Virus record (IMG/VR): IMGVR_UViG_3300005264_001052
DNA: 64,000 bases
DNA from: an uncultured virus (IMG/VR IMGVR_UViG_3300005264_001052)
Taxonomy: Duplodnaviria; Heunggongvirae; Uroviricota; Caudoviricetes
Strand: one strand, 5' to 3'
The position numbers and the translations under genes are program-made. Each line of letters starts with the position of its first letter. Positions within the stretch are counted from its first letter, which is position 1. This document shows, one piece after another, positions 10,717 through 21,283 of this stretch. The notes under the pieces are model-generated. The model made no database searches, was not told the DNA's origin, and saw only the letters and a program-made list of their open reading frames with translations.

Positions 10717-11577
10717 ATGATTTTTACTGGCCAAAAAATTATAGTACTTATTAGCTCTAATACAAAAACTGGAGCTAAAATTAGAAAAGGAAGTCTTGGA
10801 TATGTCTCAAGTTTTGGAACAGCTAAATTTAATTTTAAATTGAACGCAGTACTAATTCCAGCAAAGATAGTATTTACTAGATTTGGGTATGAAAAGAAAC
10901 GCAGAATTGAATCAAAAATAGTGTATCTATTATACCCAATAGGTCCATGTAAAAGTATTAAACATGTACGTAAATATTTAACATCTAAAGTTAAAATTGC
11001 TCAATCTATGACGAGTCAATTAAAACAAGATTTAGACAAAGAGGGTGTAAAATTAAATAAATTAAACATTCTTGTTGTAAATAAAACAAATATAGAAACA
11101 GACATACTTTCTAGTAAAAATGAATTTGGAGCTTGGTTTTCTAGTATATTACAAAGTGGTATATTCCATAAATTATACAGAATAAATGACAATAACGAAT
11201 TTAAAAAGGCAAAATCAAATCTATTAGCTAATACACATAACGAGTTATTTAACTTAAAAAAATGTTTACAATATAATGGAGAAATAACAAGGCAAGCGAA
11301 ATGTATTTATAAAAATAAAGAAATTCAATTTAATATAATAAGGCAATTTAAAGTACTTTTACATCTAGATATTAGAAAGTCGATAGATAAAATTAGACAA
11401 AAACTTATAAACCAACCGTTATTTCATCATATTTACCCATATGAATATTTATGGACCATCAATATGAATAATATTATTTTAGAAAAAAATATTATAGAAC
11501 AACCGTCTTATAAAAACGCTAAAATACATATTAATAATTGGATTTCACATTTTAACACTATTACAAATACACAATAA
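10717..11577 (+). CDS. Hypothetical protein immediately upstream of the RNA polymerase
   Basis: ORF with GAGG RBS. Confidence 0.55.
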   Translation: MIFTGQKIIVLISSNTKTGAKIRKGSLGYVSSFGTAKFNFKLNAVLIPAKIVFTRFGYEKKRRIESKIVYLLYPIGPCKSIKHVRKYLTSKVKIAQSMTSQLKQDLDKEGVKLNKLNILVVNKTNIETDILSSKNEFGAWFSSILQSGIFHKLYRINDNNEFKKAKSNLLANTHNELFNLKKCLQYNGEITRQAKCIYKNKEIQFNIIRQFKVLLHLDIRKSIDKIRQKLINQPLFHHIYPYEYLWTINMNNIILEKNIIEQPSYKNAKIHINNWISHFNTITNTQ

Positions 11578-11589
11578 GGAGCCAAATTT

Positions 11590-14500
11590 ATGCCTGTATC
11601 TTATAGTTTTGATAAAGAAGTAGAAACTTTAACAAATATTATAAAATCACAATTTAAGGCGAGAACTTCTATAGAGGGGAATTCCAGTGGTAATAACTTT
11701 AAAAATGCAAAACTTACTACTTCTATAATAGACAATATACTATGGTTTACAATGACTACTGATGATGAGACCCATAATATAACTGTTCCAATACCTTTTG
11801 TTGAAGACGGTGTTATAAAAATTAAATTTAATGAAGTAGAAAGAGCAATTTGTAATCATCTAGATGTTCCAACAGATAGAATAATATCATATCTCGAAGC
11901 TGTGCAACAGATTTTTATTGGGGATTATTCAGGTTTAGTAAAAACTGTTCCAATAAAGAAAACTATTTTTATACAAAATTTGGCGTATTCGATTTTAAAT
12001 AATAATTCATCTATAATTGTTTATAATCTTCAAAAAGCTATCAATGAATTAGTAAATAAAATGCCATTACATGAAACTTTATTAAATAGTTGGATGATGA
12101 ATAATAGATTAATTCTAATTGATCCAGCATTTGAAATTCTTGATAATCCAGAAGATAAACTTAATTATCATATTGAAAAAAATAAGAAATATTATGATAG
12201 AGGGTGGACATCTATTGGACTATCGGACGGGGCGTTAGTTGATAAAAATTACATCTTAACACAAGATATCAGAAAATATACTGTATTTGGACTACATCAT
12301 CATAATCCTCAAAGAAATCTATATTCAACTTTAGGTATGAAAGGGGATGAATTACCACTATTACGTTCTAATTCAGCTGAAGAATTAATAAACAAAGGTA
12401 TAACACGTAAAGGTTGGAATCTATTTACTGCTTTTGTAGATATTCCTGATACATTTGAAGATCAAATAATGGTGGATAAACGGCATGCGGATAAAGCTAT
12501 AAAAAGTACCCGAAGATTTCAATGTTTTGGTGAAATTCTTGTAAAAAAGGGTCAATGTCTTGAATTAGGAACTACTTTATCCAGAACTAAAGACGGTAAG
12601 TCTAATCTTTTCAAAGTCAACGCAGATTATGCTTATGTAAAAAGAATTACAAAAGGGGTAGTCTCTGTAGGTGGAATCAAGAAGGAAGTTCACAATATTA
12701 TCGTAACATTACATCGTAAATTAAAAGATGGTACTAAATTTACTAATACTCATGGTAATAAAGGAATAATAAGATTAACAGATTTAGGTACAGCAATTGA
12801 TCCTACTACTGGAAAATCACGTAAATTAGATGTAATTGTATCTGCAAAATCGATTAAAAAGAGAAAGAATTATGGACAAATATTGGAAATGCTATTTAAC
12901 AACCTATACGAACGTCAAACAGTTAAAAGATTTCCAAAATTTAATACATACTCAGAATGGGGCAAAGATGGAGTAGGAACTACTGGTAGTTTAAAAAGAA
13001 GTAGTATTAGAAAACATGTAGTGCTTAAAGATGAGTATACCTTAAAGAATTTAGATGTTATTAAAACAAAGTTAAAACAATATAATTTTAATGATGATTG
13101 TACATGGAAGTGTAGTACCTATGCTGGGGATGTAACAGCAGTTTGTGGTACCATTTTCTGGGGAGTATCCAAAGATGTAGAAGATCAAGTGTGGGTAAAA
13201 GGAGCTACAACTTGTACTAACAATAAAGGTGTACGTACTGCTGGTCTAAAATTTTCTACAGTTGAATTTAAAGCTATAGAAACTAGATTTGGTAAAGATA
13301 ATGCTATTATGGAAGAAATATTATCTTACACTCAGGGAATTAACAATATAAATGAAAATATTAAAATTCTTAAAAGTAAGAAATTTGAACTTCCTTCTGG
13401 ATTACCAATAAAGAATGTTACCGAATTAAAAAGTATAGATCAAAGTAATGGAACTATTTTCACTAAAGAAATTTTAAAGGATACAATTGCTGATGAAAAT
13501 TATATAAAAGATGGTTTTATACTACAATTACCTGTAGCGTATCAAACTGCAGTTGGGCATAAATTTGATGAAACTTATGAAGGTCCAGTTACAATTCAAC
13601 CAGATACTGTAGATTGGGAAAAGTACAAAGCACTATATGTTACAAGTCAGTTATATGTACCAATAGGACTTTTAAGAAGTAGTTGGCAGCATAGTTCAGG
13701 ATTGTATGGAATGAGTGAAATATCTGTACTTTTAAACAATATTATTACCTTTTCAAAAAGATATATAGATGAACCTGAAGAAATACGTCATTATAAAATG
13801 CTTTATAAAGCAATTGGGAGTTACTTTATGAGAGTAGCTACTTTAATAAGTACAAAACGTGGGGAGATCTCAAATTATGCGATGGCAGTAAGATATCCTT
13901 ATTCAGCAAAAGCTGTAGCTTCGTTAAGTAATGAACTACCTCCAAATACAATTCAAATCCATAAAGATATGGCTAAAATACTTAATGTTAGTACTGGTGA
14001 CATAGTATTGACAGAAAGATTTCCCTGTCTTGGATTTATGGGAGTAAGACCCCAACAAGTAGATGTGACTGATGATGTAATGTGCAAATACACCATACGT
14101 GTAAGTGGGAATAGTCTTGTATCCCAAAATTTAGATTTTGATGGAGACGTTCTTTACATAGCAGCCTTTCATACTAAAGCGGCGAAAGCAGAGTTAAGAA
14201 AAGAATGGACTACGCCAAATGAATCTTGTTGGAAATATATAGATTATTTAAATAATAGAAAAGGAGCTCCTGCAATAAATCAATTAGGATTAATGGACTA
14301 TAAAATTACTCCATTTAAAATATTAACAAAAGAACAACAATCTATAATTGTTGGAAAATTAACAGGGGTTAAAGCACAAACTGGTCCAGTAATAGCATTA
14401 GCGTATAATTTGATGCGTATTATGGAAAATACAGACATTAAAATGAATACAGAAATTAAAGCAGGAATTGAAATGTTTGTGGAAAAAGCTGGACAATCAG

Positions 14501-15021
14501 TGTTTGAACAAAAACATGGAGGAGTATCTTTATGTAATATAGTTATTAAAGCAATATGTACTGGAGATACACAAACGTTAATAAATGAGGGTTTTGACCC
14601 TTATATAGTGCAACTTATTTGTAATACAGTTGCTACTAAAGCTACTAAAATTGGAATAAGAGATTTAAAATATTTTCATGAAAAAGTAGGAAAAACTGGA
14701 TCAAATGTAATTAATCGAATAGTTAGAAAGGAAAATAAAATTTATTTTGTTAGTAGATCTAATTTAGAATCTTGTGCTTTATTAGAATGTTTAACTGCTC
14801 CAATTGTTGATCTTCCTAGTAAGATATTTAATCTAACAATATCCGGAAAATATCAAACCGTTAAAACAATGTTAGATCATGCCATTGATGGCAAATTGAT
14901 TGATGAATTAAAAGATGTAAAATTTAAAGATGCCTGCTTAAAATTATTTAAATGTATAGATAAATTGGTAGGAATAGTACCAAATACGAATAGAAAAGGA
15001 GAATTACTTTATGGCAGTTGA
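11590..15021 (+). CDS. Single-chain two-barrel DNA-directed RNA polymerase (fused, minimised beta + beta-prime)
   Basis: Beta motifs [57 protein letters not shown]. Beta-prime motifs [41 protein letters not shown], and [12 protein letters not shown]. Confidence 0.9.
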   Translation: [1143 protein letters not shown]

Positions 15022-15373
15022 ACTTAATGAGTGTCTAATTTCAGGCACAATAATTGATGACCCCCAAATAGTAGGGGAAGGTGATGGCGCATGGGCGTTT
15101 ATGAGATTAATGACGTCTTTTGGAGCAAAAAATCCAGATGGGTCTTGGCATGATGCAGAGCAAGAAGTACCAATTGTAGCGGACGTACCACACCATGTAA
15201 ACACTGCAAAAAAGTACATTAAAGCTGGCAAAGCCCTCACTGTTTCAGGATACTATAGATCTTGGGAAAGTAATGGGCCACAACATGGTTTTTTTGTACG
15301 TAAATTTATTTTCGCTAAAGCAAATTGGGGAGCTGATAATAATACCAATAAATACCCCAATATGCCCCAATAA
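15011..15373 (+). CDS. ssb: Single-stranded DNA-binding protein (OB fold)
   Basis: LNECLISGTI.DDP, AKKYIKAGKALTVSG, RSWE: SSB pattern; lacks the acidic DIPF tail. Confidence 0.7.
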   Translation: MAVELNECLISGTIIDDPQIVGEGDGAWAFMRLMTSFGAKNPDGSWHDAEQEVPIVADVPHHVNTAKKYIKAGKALTVSGYYRSWESNGPQHGFFVRKFIFAKANWGADNNTNKYPNMPQ

Positions 15374-15382
15374 ATAAATTAA

Positions 15383-15649
15383 ACGGGGGGTCTTCTATGG
15401 CTCAAAGATGGTATCCCTATTGGCTCCAAGATATTTGGAGAAGTAGATGAGGTAGGAGAAATAGAACTAGAAGTACTTAAAAAGGGGTATGTTGTAAAAA
15501 AGATAAATACACAAGATATAATACAAGGAAAAAAATTCAAATCATTATCCGCAGCAGCCGAAGCATTTTCACAGATAAAAAGAAAAAGTGGATGGATTTT
15601 TTGGCATGATAAAAATGGAAAAACATTAAAAGAAGCATACAAAGGTTAG
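15383..15649 (+). CDS. RAMA/DUF4357-like DNA-binding domain ORF without a canonical start codon
   Basis: Not in ORF track. + frame reads GGLLWLKDGIPIGSKI...KKFKSLSAAAEAFSQIKRKSGWIFWHDKNGKTLKEAYKG*; an in-frame TAA precedes it at 15380. Confidence 0.55.
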   Translation, partial: TGGLLWLKDGIPIGSKIFGEVDEVGEIELEVLKKGYVVKKINTQDIIQGKKFKSLSAAAEAFSQIKRKSGWIFWHDKNGKTLKEAYKG

Positions 15650-16095
15650 TGATGGCAAGAAAGGGAAAAAATAAAAAAATAAATAGAAAAAAATTTAAAA
15701 ATAAAGTATGTAGAAATTGTAAATTATGTACCAAAAATTTCTCTCCTGTTTTTTGTTTTGATAAATTTTATAAACAAAACCCAAAAAAATTCATTAATGT
15801 AATACCAAAAAAATTTAAAAAATATAAAAATACATTAAGAATGATACTTAAAAGTGATAAAAAAAGATTTAATAATCCATTATATATATTCAAAAAAATA
15901 TTTTGTGATTCTAATATCTGTAATGGGTGTATTAAAAGTACACCTAAAATAATACAATGTATAGATATATTTAAAAGTCAATTAGATATGCAAAATACTA
16001 TAAAAAAAGGTCCTATTGTAGCTATACTATGTAGCGATGACAAAATTTTTAAAGAAAAAATAAGGCTAATCATTGAAAATAATAATAGACAATAA
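15649..16095 (+). CDS. Basic Cys-rich hypothetical protein (possible metal binding)
   Basis: CRNCKLC...C and C....CNGC...C motifs. Confidence 0.55.
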   Translation: MMARKGKNKKINRKKFKNKVCRNCKLCTKNFSPVFCFDKFYKQNPKKFINVIPKKFKKYKNTLRMILKSDKKRFNNPLYIFKKIFCDSNICNGCIKSTPKIIQCIDIFKSQLDMQNTIKKGPIVAILCSDDKIFKEKIRLIIENNNRQ

Positions 16096-17500
16096 AATTA
16101 AAATAAGTAAACCAGAAAAGAAATTAAAAAATATACTTATAGAATTGTTACATCATATAAACCCAGTTTATACAGAAGCTGAAAAAATGGGCTTAAATAC
16201 ATATAAAATTGAAAAATTTATAAATTATTTTGAATTTGATGCTTCAGGAAGTTTGTATATCCCAAGAGGTATAAGACAGACATTATTTAAATTATTAAGG
16301 GAACTTGATCTTTCATATGAATTAAAAGATAAAAGAAAATTAAAATTCATTGATGATTATATTGATGGTTCTAAAATTAATTATAGACCCTATCAAAAAC
16401 CAGCACTAGATAAATTACTATCTAATGGACCAGAAGGAGTATTAGTAGCTCCTGCAGGTAGCGGTAAAACTGTTATGGGATTAAGTTTGATACCAATTAC
16501 ATTACAAAATACTTTATGGTTAACTCATACTGATAGATTATTTAAACAATTCGATGAACGTTTTAATGAATTTATTCCAAATTTAAAAAAAGATGCTATT
16601 GGTAGAATAGGGGCAGGTAAATGGAATGTAGGAAAAGTAGTTACTATTTCTATGGTCCAAACCCTAGTAAGAAATATTGATAAATTAATAGAATTAAAAA
16701 ATAAATTTGGAATGGTAATTATAGACGAAGTACATCACTCACCAGCCTCTACATTTTATAAAGTCATATCGCAATTAAATCCATATTTCATGTATGGGTT
16801 AACTGCTACTGCTTATAGAAGAGATGGGTTAGAAAATTTAATGTTTCAAAGTATCGGAGACATTGGAGCTACTATAACAAAAAAAGAAGTTGCCAAGTAC
16901 AATGGGATAATATCTCCATTAGTAGTGTATTGCCCAATTAATTATAATTCAAGAATCGATATTAATAATGTTTCAACTATTTTCAAGGAATATATTATCT
17001 TCAATAACCAAAGAAACCATAGAATTAAAAATGATGTGGTTGCTGAGGCTAGGAAAGGAAATTTTTGTATTGTTTCTTCTGGAAGAAAAGCTCATTGTGA
17101 TGAATTATATAAAATCATTAAAAGGGATTGGAAACAAACAGGAATTGCAACAGGAAAATATAGTAAAAAAATTATTGATGCCCAAATTGAAGCGTTTAAT
17201 AATAAAGAAATAACTGTATTAATTACCACACCTGAATTACTTGGGGAGGGATTTGATGTTGATTTTTTAAATAGATTGTTTATAGCAACATCATTTAGAA
17301 CTGAATCTAGAGTTGAACAACTAGTAGGAAGAATACAACGATTTCATCCTGACAAAAAAAATGCAATTGTGTATGATTACGTAGATGAAAATATCGGAGT
17401 ATTTAAAAATCAATTTTATTCTAAATATGGTAAATGTAGAAGTAATGTATACCGAAGGTTGGGACTAGAGGTTATCGATTTTACTGACTATCATATATAA
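16073..17500 (+). CDS. Superfamily 2 DExH helicase (ResIII/UvsW-like)
   Basis: RPYQ, APAGSGKT, DEVHH, GLTAT, GEGFDV, QLVGRIQR. Confidence 0.92.
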   Translation: MKIIIDNKIKISKPEKKLKNILIELLHHINPVYTEAEKMGLNTYKIEKFINYFEFDASGSLYIPRGIRQTLFKLLRELDLSYELKDKRKLKFIDDYIDGSKINYRPYQKPALDKLLSNGPEGVLVAPAGSGKTVMGLSLIPITLQNTLWLTHTDRLFKQFDERFNEFIPNLKKDAIGRIGAGKWNVGKVVTISMVQTLVRNIDKLIELKNKFGMVIIDEVHHSPASTFYKVISQLNPYFMYGLTATAYRRDGLENLMFQSIGDIGATITKKEVAKYNGIISPLVVYCPINYNSRIDINNVSTIFKEYIIFNNQRNHRIKNDVVAEARKGNFCIVSSGRKAHCDELYKIIKRDWKQTGIATGKYSKKIIDAQIEAFNNKEITVLITTPELLGEGFDVDFLNRLFIATSFRTESRVEQLVGRIQRFHPDKKNAIVYDYVDENIGVFKNQFYSKYGKCRSNVYRRLGLEVIDFTDYHI

Positions 17501-17521
17501 AGTTAGCACGGAAAGGCTCAT

Positions 17522-18802
17522 ATGAGCAATATAAAAATAAAAATATCAGAAATAATGAGTAATAATATAGGATTATATAACAATGAAAATCATATATTGA
17601 GGATTTCCAAAGAATTAAGACAAAAACTTAATGTAGAAATCGGACAACAATTTCAATTAAATTCAATAAAAAATAACCCTGTAATATTACAAATAGGTTC
17701 TGCGTTCAAAGCTGATAAAGAACAGGATAGTGGAGTTTGTTATGTAACTAAATCAGTATTTGATGTAATTAATGTTGAAAACACAAATAATTGTAAAGTA
17801 GAACCAGTAAAAGGAATTACTTTAGGATGTGATCCAGAATTTTTTCTTGTCGATAAAGATTCTAAAAAAATATTAAGAGCAGAAGCTTTCTTTAAAAAAT
17901 GGGGAGAAATAGGTTATGATGGACTTCTTGCTGAATTTAGACCTAAACCAGCATTAACTCCACAGGAACTTACAAATAATATATATGATTTGATAAAAAA
18001 TACAAGAGAGATTCTGAACTTAAACAATATATATGATCCATCTAAAATAATAATGTTTGCTTCTTCATGCCATGATGTAGGTCTACCTAAATCATTATTA
18101 ACTGGGTTACCGACACAAGCTACTGCAGGATTTCATCTACATTTTGGACTTCCTAAATCTATATTAGGGCATTCACCTAACATAATGTCTTTAATGTTTA
18201 AAATAGTAAAAATGATGGACTATTATGTAGGATTACCTTCAATAATGTTAGAAACTGAAAAAGATGCAAGAAGACGATCTAATACTCAAGTAAACTATGG
18301 CAAACCAAGTGATTTTAGATTAGACAACAGAACTTTAGAATATAGAGTACCTGGTGGAAGCATGCTAAGGCATCCTATTTTAACTAAAGGTTTAATATCC
18401 TTAGGAATTACAGTTATAGAGGATATTGTAAGTAGAATTAAATTACAAACTAATAATTTTAAACAATTATATTGGATGGAACAAGATAATAGGCTAAAAG
18501 AATTATACCCTAATATCTTAAATACTACAGATATGTTTTCTTTAATGTGTTCACCAGATTCTAATACAATAAAAACATATTTCGATAATATATATTTAGA
18601 TATACAAAATATGATAGGATTTGAGGAGAGAAAAGCAGAATTAAATGATTTTTTCTATCATATAGCCAATGATATACAATATAATAACAATTTAGAAAAA
18701 AATTGGGAGAATTTTTATGAGCAAGGCACTAACATTCATCAATCACGAAATGAGGACACCACTAACAGCCCAACAAGTAAATTATTGGAAATTAAATCTT
18801 AG
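17522..18802 (+). CDS. COOH-NH2 ligase type 2 with N-terminal extension
   Basis: LGCDPEFF, GYDGLLAEFRP, AGFHLHFG, RRR...YGKPSDFR, LEYRVPG. Confidence 0.85.
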   Translation: MSNIKIKISEIMSNNIGLYNNENHILRISKELRQKLNVEIGQQFQLNSIKNNPVILQIGSAFKADKEQDSGVCYVTKSVFDVINVENTNNCKVEPVKGITLGCDPEFFLVDKDSKKILRAEAFFKKWGEIGYDGLLAEFRPKPALTPQELTNNIYDLIKNTREILNLNNIYDPSKIIMFASSCHDVGLPKSLLTGLPTQATAGFHLHFGLPKSILGHSPNIMSLMFKIVKMMDYYVGLPSIMLETEKDARRRSNTQVNYGKPSDFRLDNRTLEYRVPGGSMLRHPILTKGLISLGITVIEDIVSRIKLQTNNFKQLYWMEQDNRLKELYPNILNTTDMFSLMCSPDSNTIKTYFDNIYLDIQNMIGFEERKAELNDFFYHIANDIQYNNNLEKNWENFYEQGTNIHQSRNEDTTNSPTSKLLEIKS

Positions 18803-20405
18803 TAGAATACTTAAAATTGGCGCAGAATTTGAGTTTAATTTACCTGAAAAAGACACTGGAACATGTAAAGGTAAAAGCTACACATGTCCTTGTGATAAGT
18901 ATGGAAAGGAAGAGTTTGATTGCTGGACAAAATGCACTAATGAGGTAGAATGTAAAAGTAAACCAAATTCTTCTTATTGTTCTAATTTTAATGCAGATTG
19001 TACTAATAATTCTGAATGTTCCACTTGTAAAGATTTTAAATTCAAATGTATTGGCATAACTTGCGTAAATAATGTACCAATTTGTGCAACATGCGAAGAT
19101 TTTAAAATAAATTGTAATACCTGTGAGTATCAATTTGATCCTACTAAAAATCCAGATGCAATCAGACGTTCTTGTACAGATAAATTTAATCCTAGTGGTT
19201 CTTATGGAATAGTTAGTAAATCTGGAGTACATAATGTTGTAACGGACGGATCTCTACTAGGTAAGAAAGGTATGGAAGTTATTACTACAGGTAGAAGGGT
19301 CGACTATTGGGAATTTTATAGAATGTCTAAAGATATTATAGACACAGCTGTTTCTAAAGGTGCTTATATAAATGAACGTTGCAGTATTCATATGCACGGT
19401 TTGGCAAGTTACTATGGAAAAGTTCCAGGAGCAGGTAATAACGGTGGTAATAAGATTAATGAAATGGAAAGAAGTATCCCAGAAATTGTATTAGCTAATT
19501 TACATCAACTTATTAGAAGATATCAAAATGCAATAACCTGGATGTCTTCTGCTCTTGATGACCCAAAACATTTAACTAGATGGGAAAAATTTAGAGTATC
19601 AATTTTAGATATTTCTGCCATTCCTTCAAATATGAGGAAAGTTAGGGATAAAGTAGTTAACACTAGTGGGGGAAATAAGTACGGATGGATTAACTATAAA
19701 TTTTGTCAATTTGATCACAATGGGGATGTAAATCGTCTACATGTAGAAGTACGTGTAATGGATGGAATCTTGTCTCCTAGTGTATGTGCAGCTTTCGCAT
19801 GTTTATATTATGCTTTATTTATAAAAGCTATAGAATTATCACGTTATGGGGTAATTAAATCTGGTGATAAAGATTGGTATAACCAAGCAAAAATTGTTAA
19901 AAATGCACTATTAAATAATAAAAGTGATTGGAATGATGCAAAAGTAAATGGAAGATTTAGTGATACTTCAAATATTCATAAGTATACGGATATTCTAATT
20001 TCTGAATCTTTTGAAATGATTTCACAATTAAAACATATTCTTAGTTCAATAGGACCAGCTTATGAAGTCTTAGAAAAAATAGCTGAAAATCCATGTTCAA
20101 TACGAAGATGTGACGGGCAGTCATGGAAAGAAATTGAAAACGATGTAAAAGTGGAACTTACTGAAGAAGGGGTTTTTGAATATGAAATTAAAAAAATAAT
20201 AGACACAAGAGAAGTTATTAATGCTAAAGATGTAAAATCTTGGATGATAGAAGTTTCTAAAATTCTTCATAAAAATAAAGATTTACAATTTACTAATGAT
20301 TCAGAAGAGGAAGTTACTGACAAATTAGAAATGCATATCGAAGAAAAACAAGCTAACGGTGAAATGATTTGGGCCAATAAAATTGGTACAATGATAACAG
20401 TATAA
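18717..20405 (+). CDS. Amidoligase (glutamine synthetase-like) with a 17-Cys insertion
   Basis: IGAEFEF, TDGSL...GMEV, CSIHMH, KYGWINY, HVEVR. Confidence 0.8.
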   Translation: MSKALTFINHEMRTPLTAQQVNYWKLNLSRILKIGAEFEFNLPEKDTGTCKGKSYTCPCDKYGKEEFDCWTKCTNEVECKSKPNSSYCSNFNADCTNNSECSTCKDFKFKCIGITCVNNVPICATCEDFKINCNTCEYQFDPTKNPDAIRRSCTDKFNPSGSYGIVSKSGVHNVVTDGSLLGKKGMEVITTGRRVDYWEFYRMSKDIIDTAVSKGAYINERCSIHMHGLASYYGKVPGAGNNGGNKINEMERSIPEIVLANLHQLIRRYQNAITWMSSALDDPKHLTRWEKFRVSILDISAIPSNMRKVRDKVVNTSGGNKYGWINYKFCQFDHNGDVNRLHVEVRVMDGILSPSVCAAFACLYYALFIKAIELSRYGVIKSGDKDWYNQAKIVKNALLNNKSDWNDAKVNGRFSDTSNIHKYTDILISESFEMISQLKHILSSIGPAYEVLEKIAENPCSIRRCDGQSWKEIENDVKVELTEEGVFEYEIKKIIDTREVINAKDVKSWMIEVSKILHKNKDLQFTNDSEEEVTDKLEMHIEEKQANGEMIWANKIGTMITV

Positions 20406-20420
20406 AGGAAATAAATATAT

Positions 20421-21278
20421 ATGTGTGGAATATACGGAATGGCATTACTTGAAGATATAAATGTAAAATCTAGTACTTTAAGATTAATATTAAAAAATTT
20501 AACCCATAATGCTCAAATAAGAGGAAGAGATGCAACTGGATATGCATTTACATCCGATAAAGAGGTAGTAATTTTTAAACATAATGTAAGTGCTAAAGAA
20601 TTTACTAAACTTGAAAATTATGAAAAAACTGTTAAAAAGTATCTTACATCTGAAGAAATGCCCTATTCAATTATAGGGCATACCAGAGCTCAAACTCAAG
20701 GAACTCATGAAAATCCAACAAATAATCATCCTATTAGAACTGGAAATATTATCGGTGTACATAATGGTATGATTAGTAATGATTATGAAAAATTTAATTG
20801 GTTAGAGAGAAAAACAGATGGACAAATTAAAAGAATAGCACAAGTTGATAGTGAAATTATATTTAGTTTAATTAACTATTATTCCAAAACATTTAAATTT
20901 CCTTCTAGTATAAAAAATAATAATTTAACAAAAACTATAACTAATCCAACATCGAAAGCTATTGCAAAAACTGCAGGAGAGTTACAAGGGTCTTTTGCGT
21001 GCGCAGCAGTAGATGCTGAAAATCCAAAAATATTATGGGTGTTTAGAGGCGGAGGGCAACTAACTGTATATAATTATGAAAAAGAAGGATTAATTATATT
21101 TGGGTCTACTGAGCATATCATTGAGAATGCGGTAGAACAATTTAATTTTAGTAAACCTGAAGAAATAGATGTAGGAAGAAATACAGGAGTATGTATTAAT
21201 ATAGAAAATAGTACTTATGATTTATTCGAACTTGAAACTAATAATGATAGTATTTATTTTAATCACTATGGAGTTTAA
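20421..21278 (+). CDS. Class II (Ntn) glutamine amidotransferase
   Basis: N-terminal MCGIYG, RGRDATG, GHTRAQT, NNHP, HNGMI, DSE. Confidence 0.92.
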   Translation: MCGIYGMALLEDINVKSSTLRLILKNLTHNAQIRGRDATGYAFTSDKEVVIFKHNVSAKEFTKLENYEKTVKKYLTSEEMPYSIIGHTRAQTQGTHENPTNNHPIRTGNIIGVHNGMISNDYEKFNWLERKTDGQIKRIAQVDSEIIFSLINYYSKTFKFPSSIKNNNLTKTITNPTSKAIAKTAGELQGSFACAAVDAENPKILWVFRGGGQLTVYNYEKEGLIIFGSTEHIIENAVEQFNFSKPEEIDVGRNTGVCINIENSTYDLFELETNNDSIYFNHYGV

Positions 21279-21283
21279 TATTT

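Noticed and set aside
15379..15642. Minus-strand 87-aa ORF in the track
   Set aside because: Shadow of a + strand frame with a recognisable SLSAAA...GWIFW motif inside a + strand operon.
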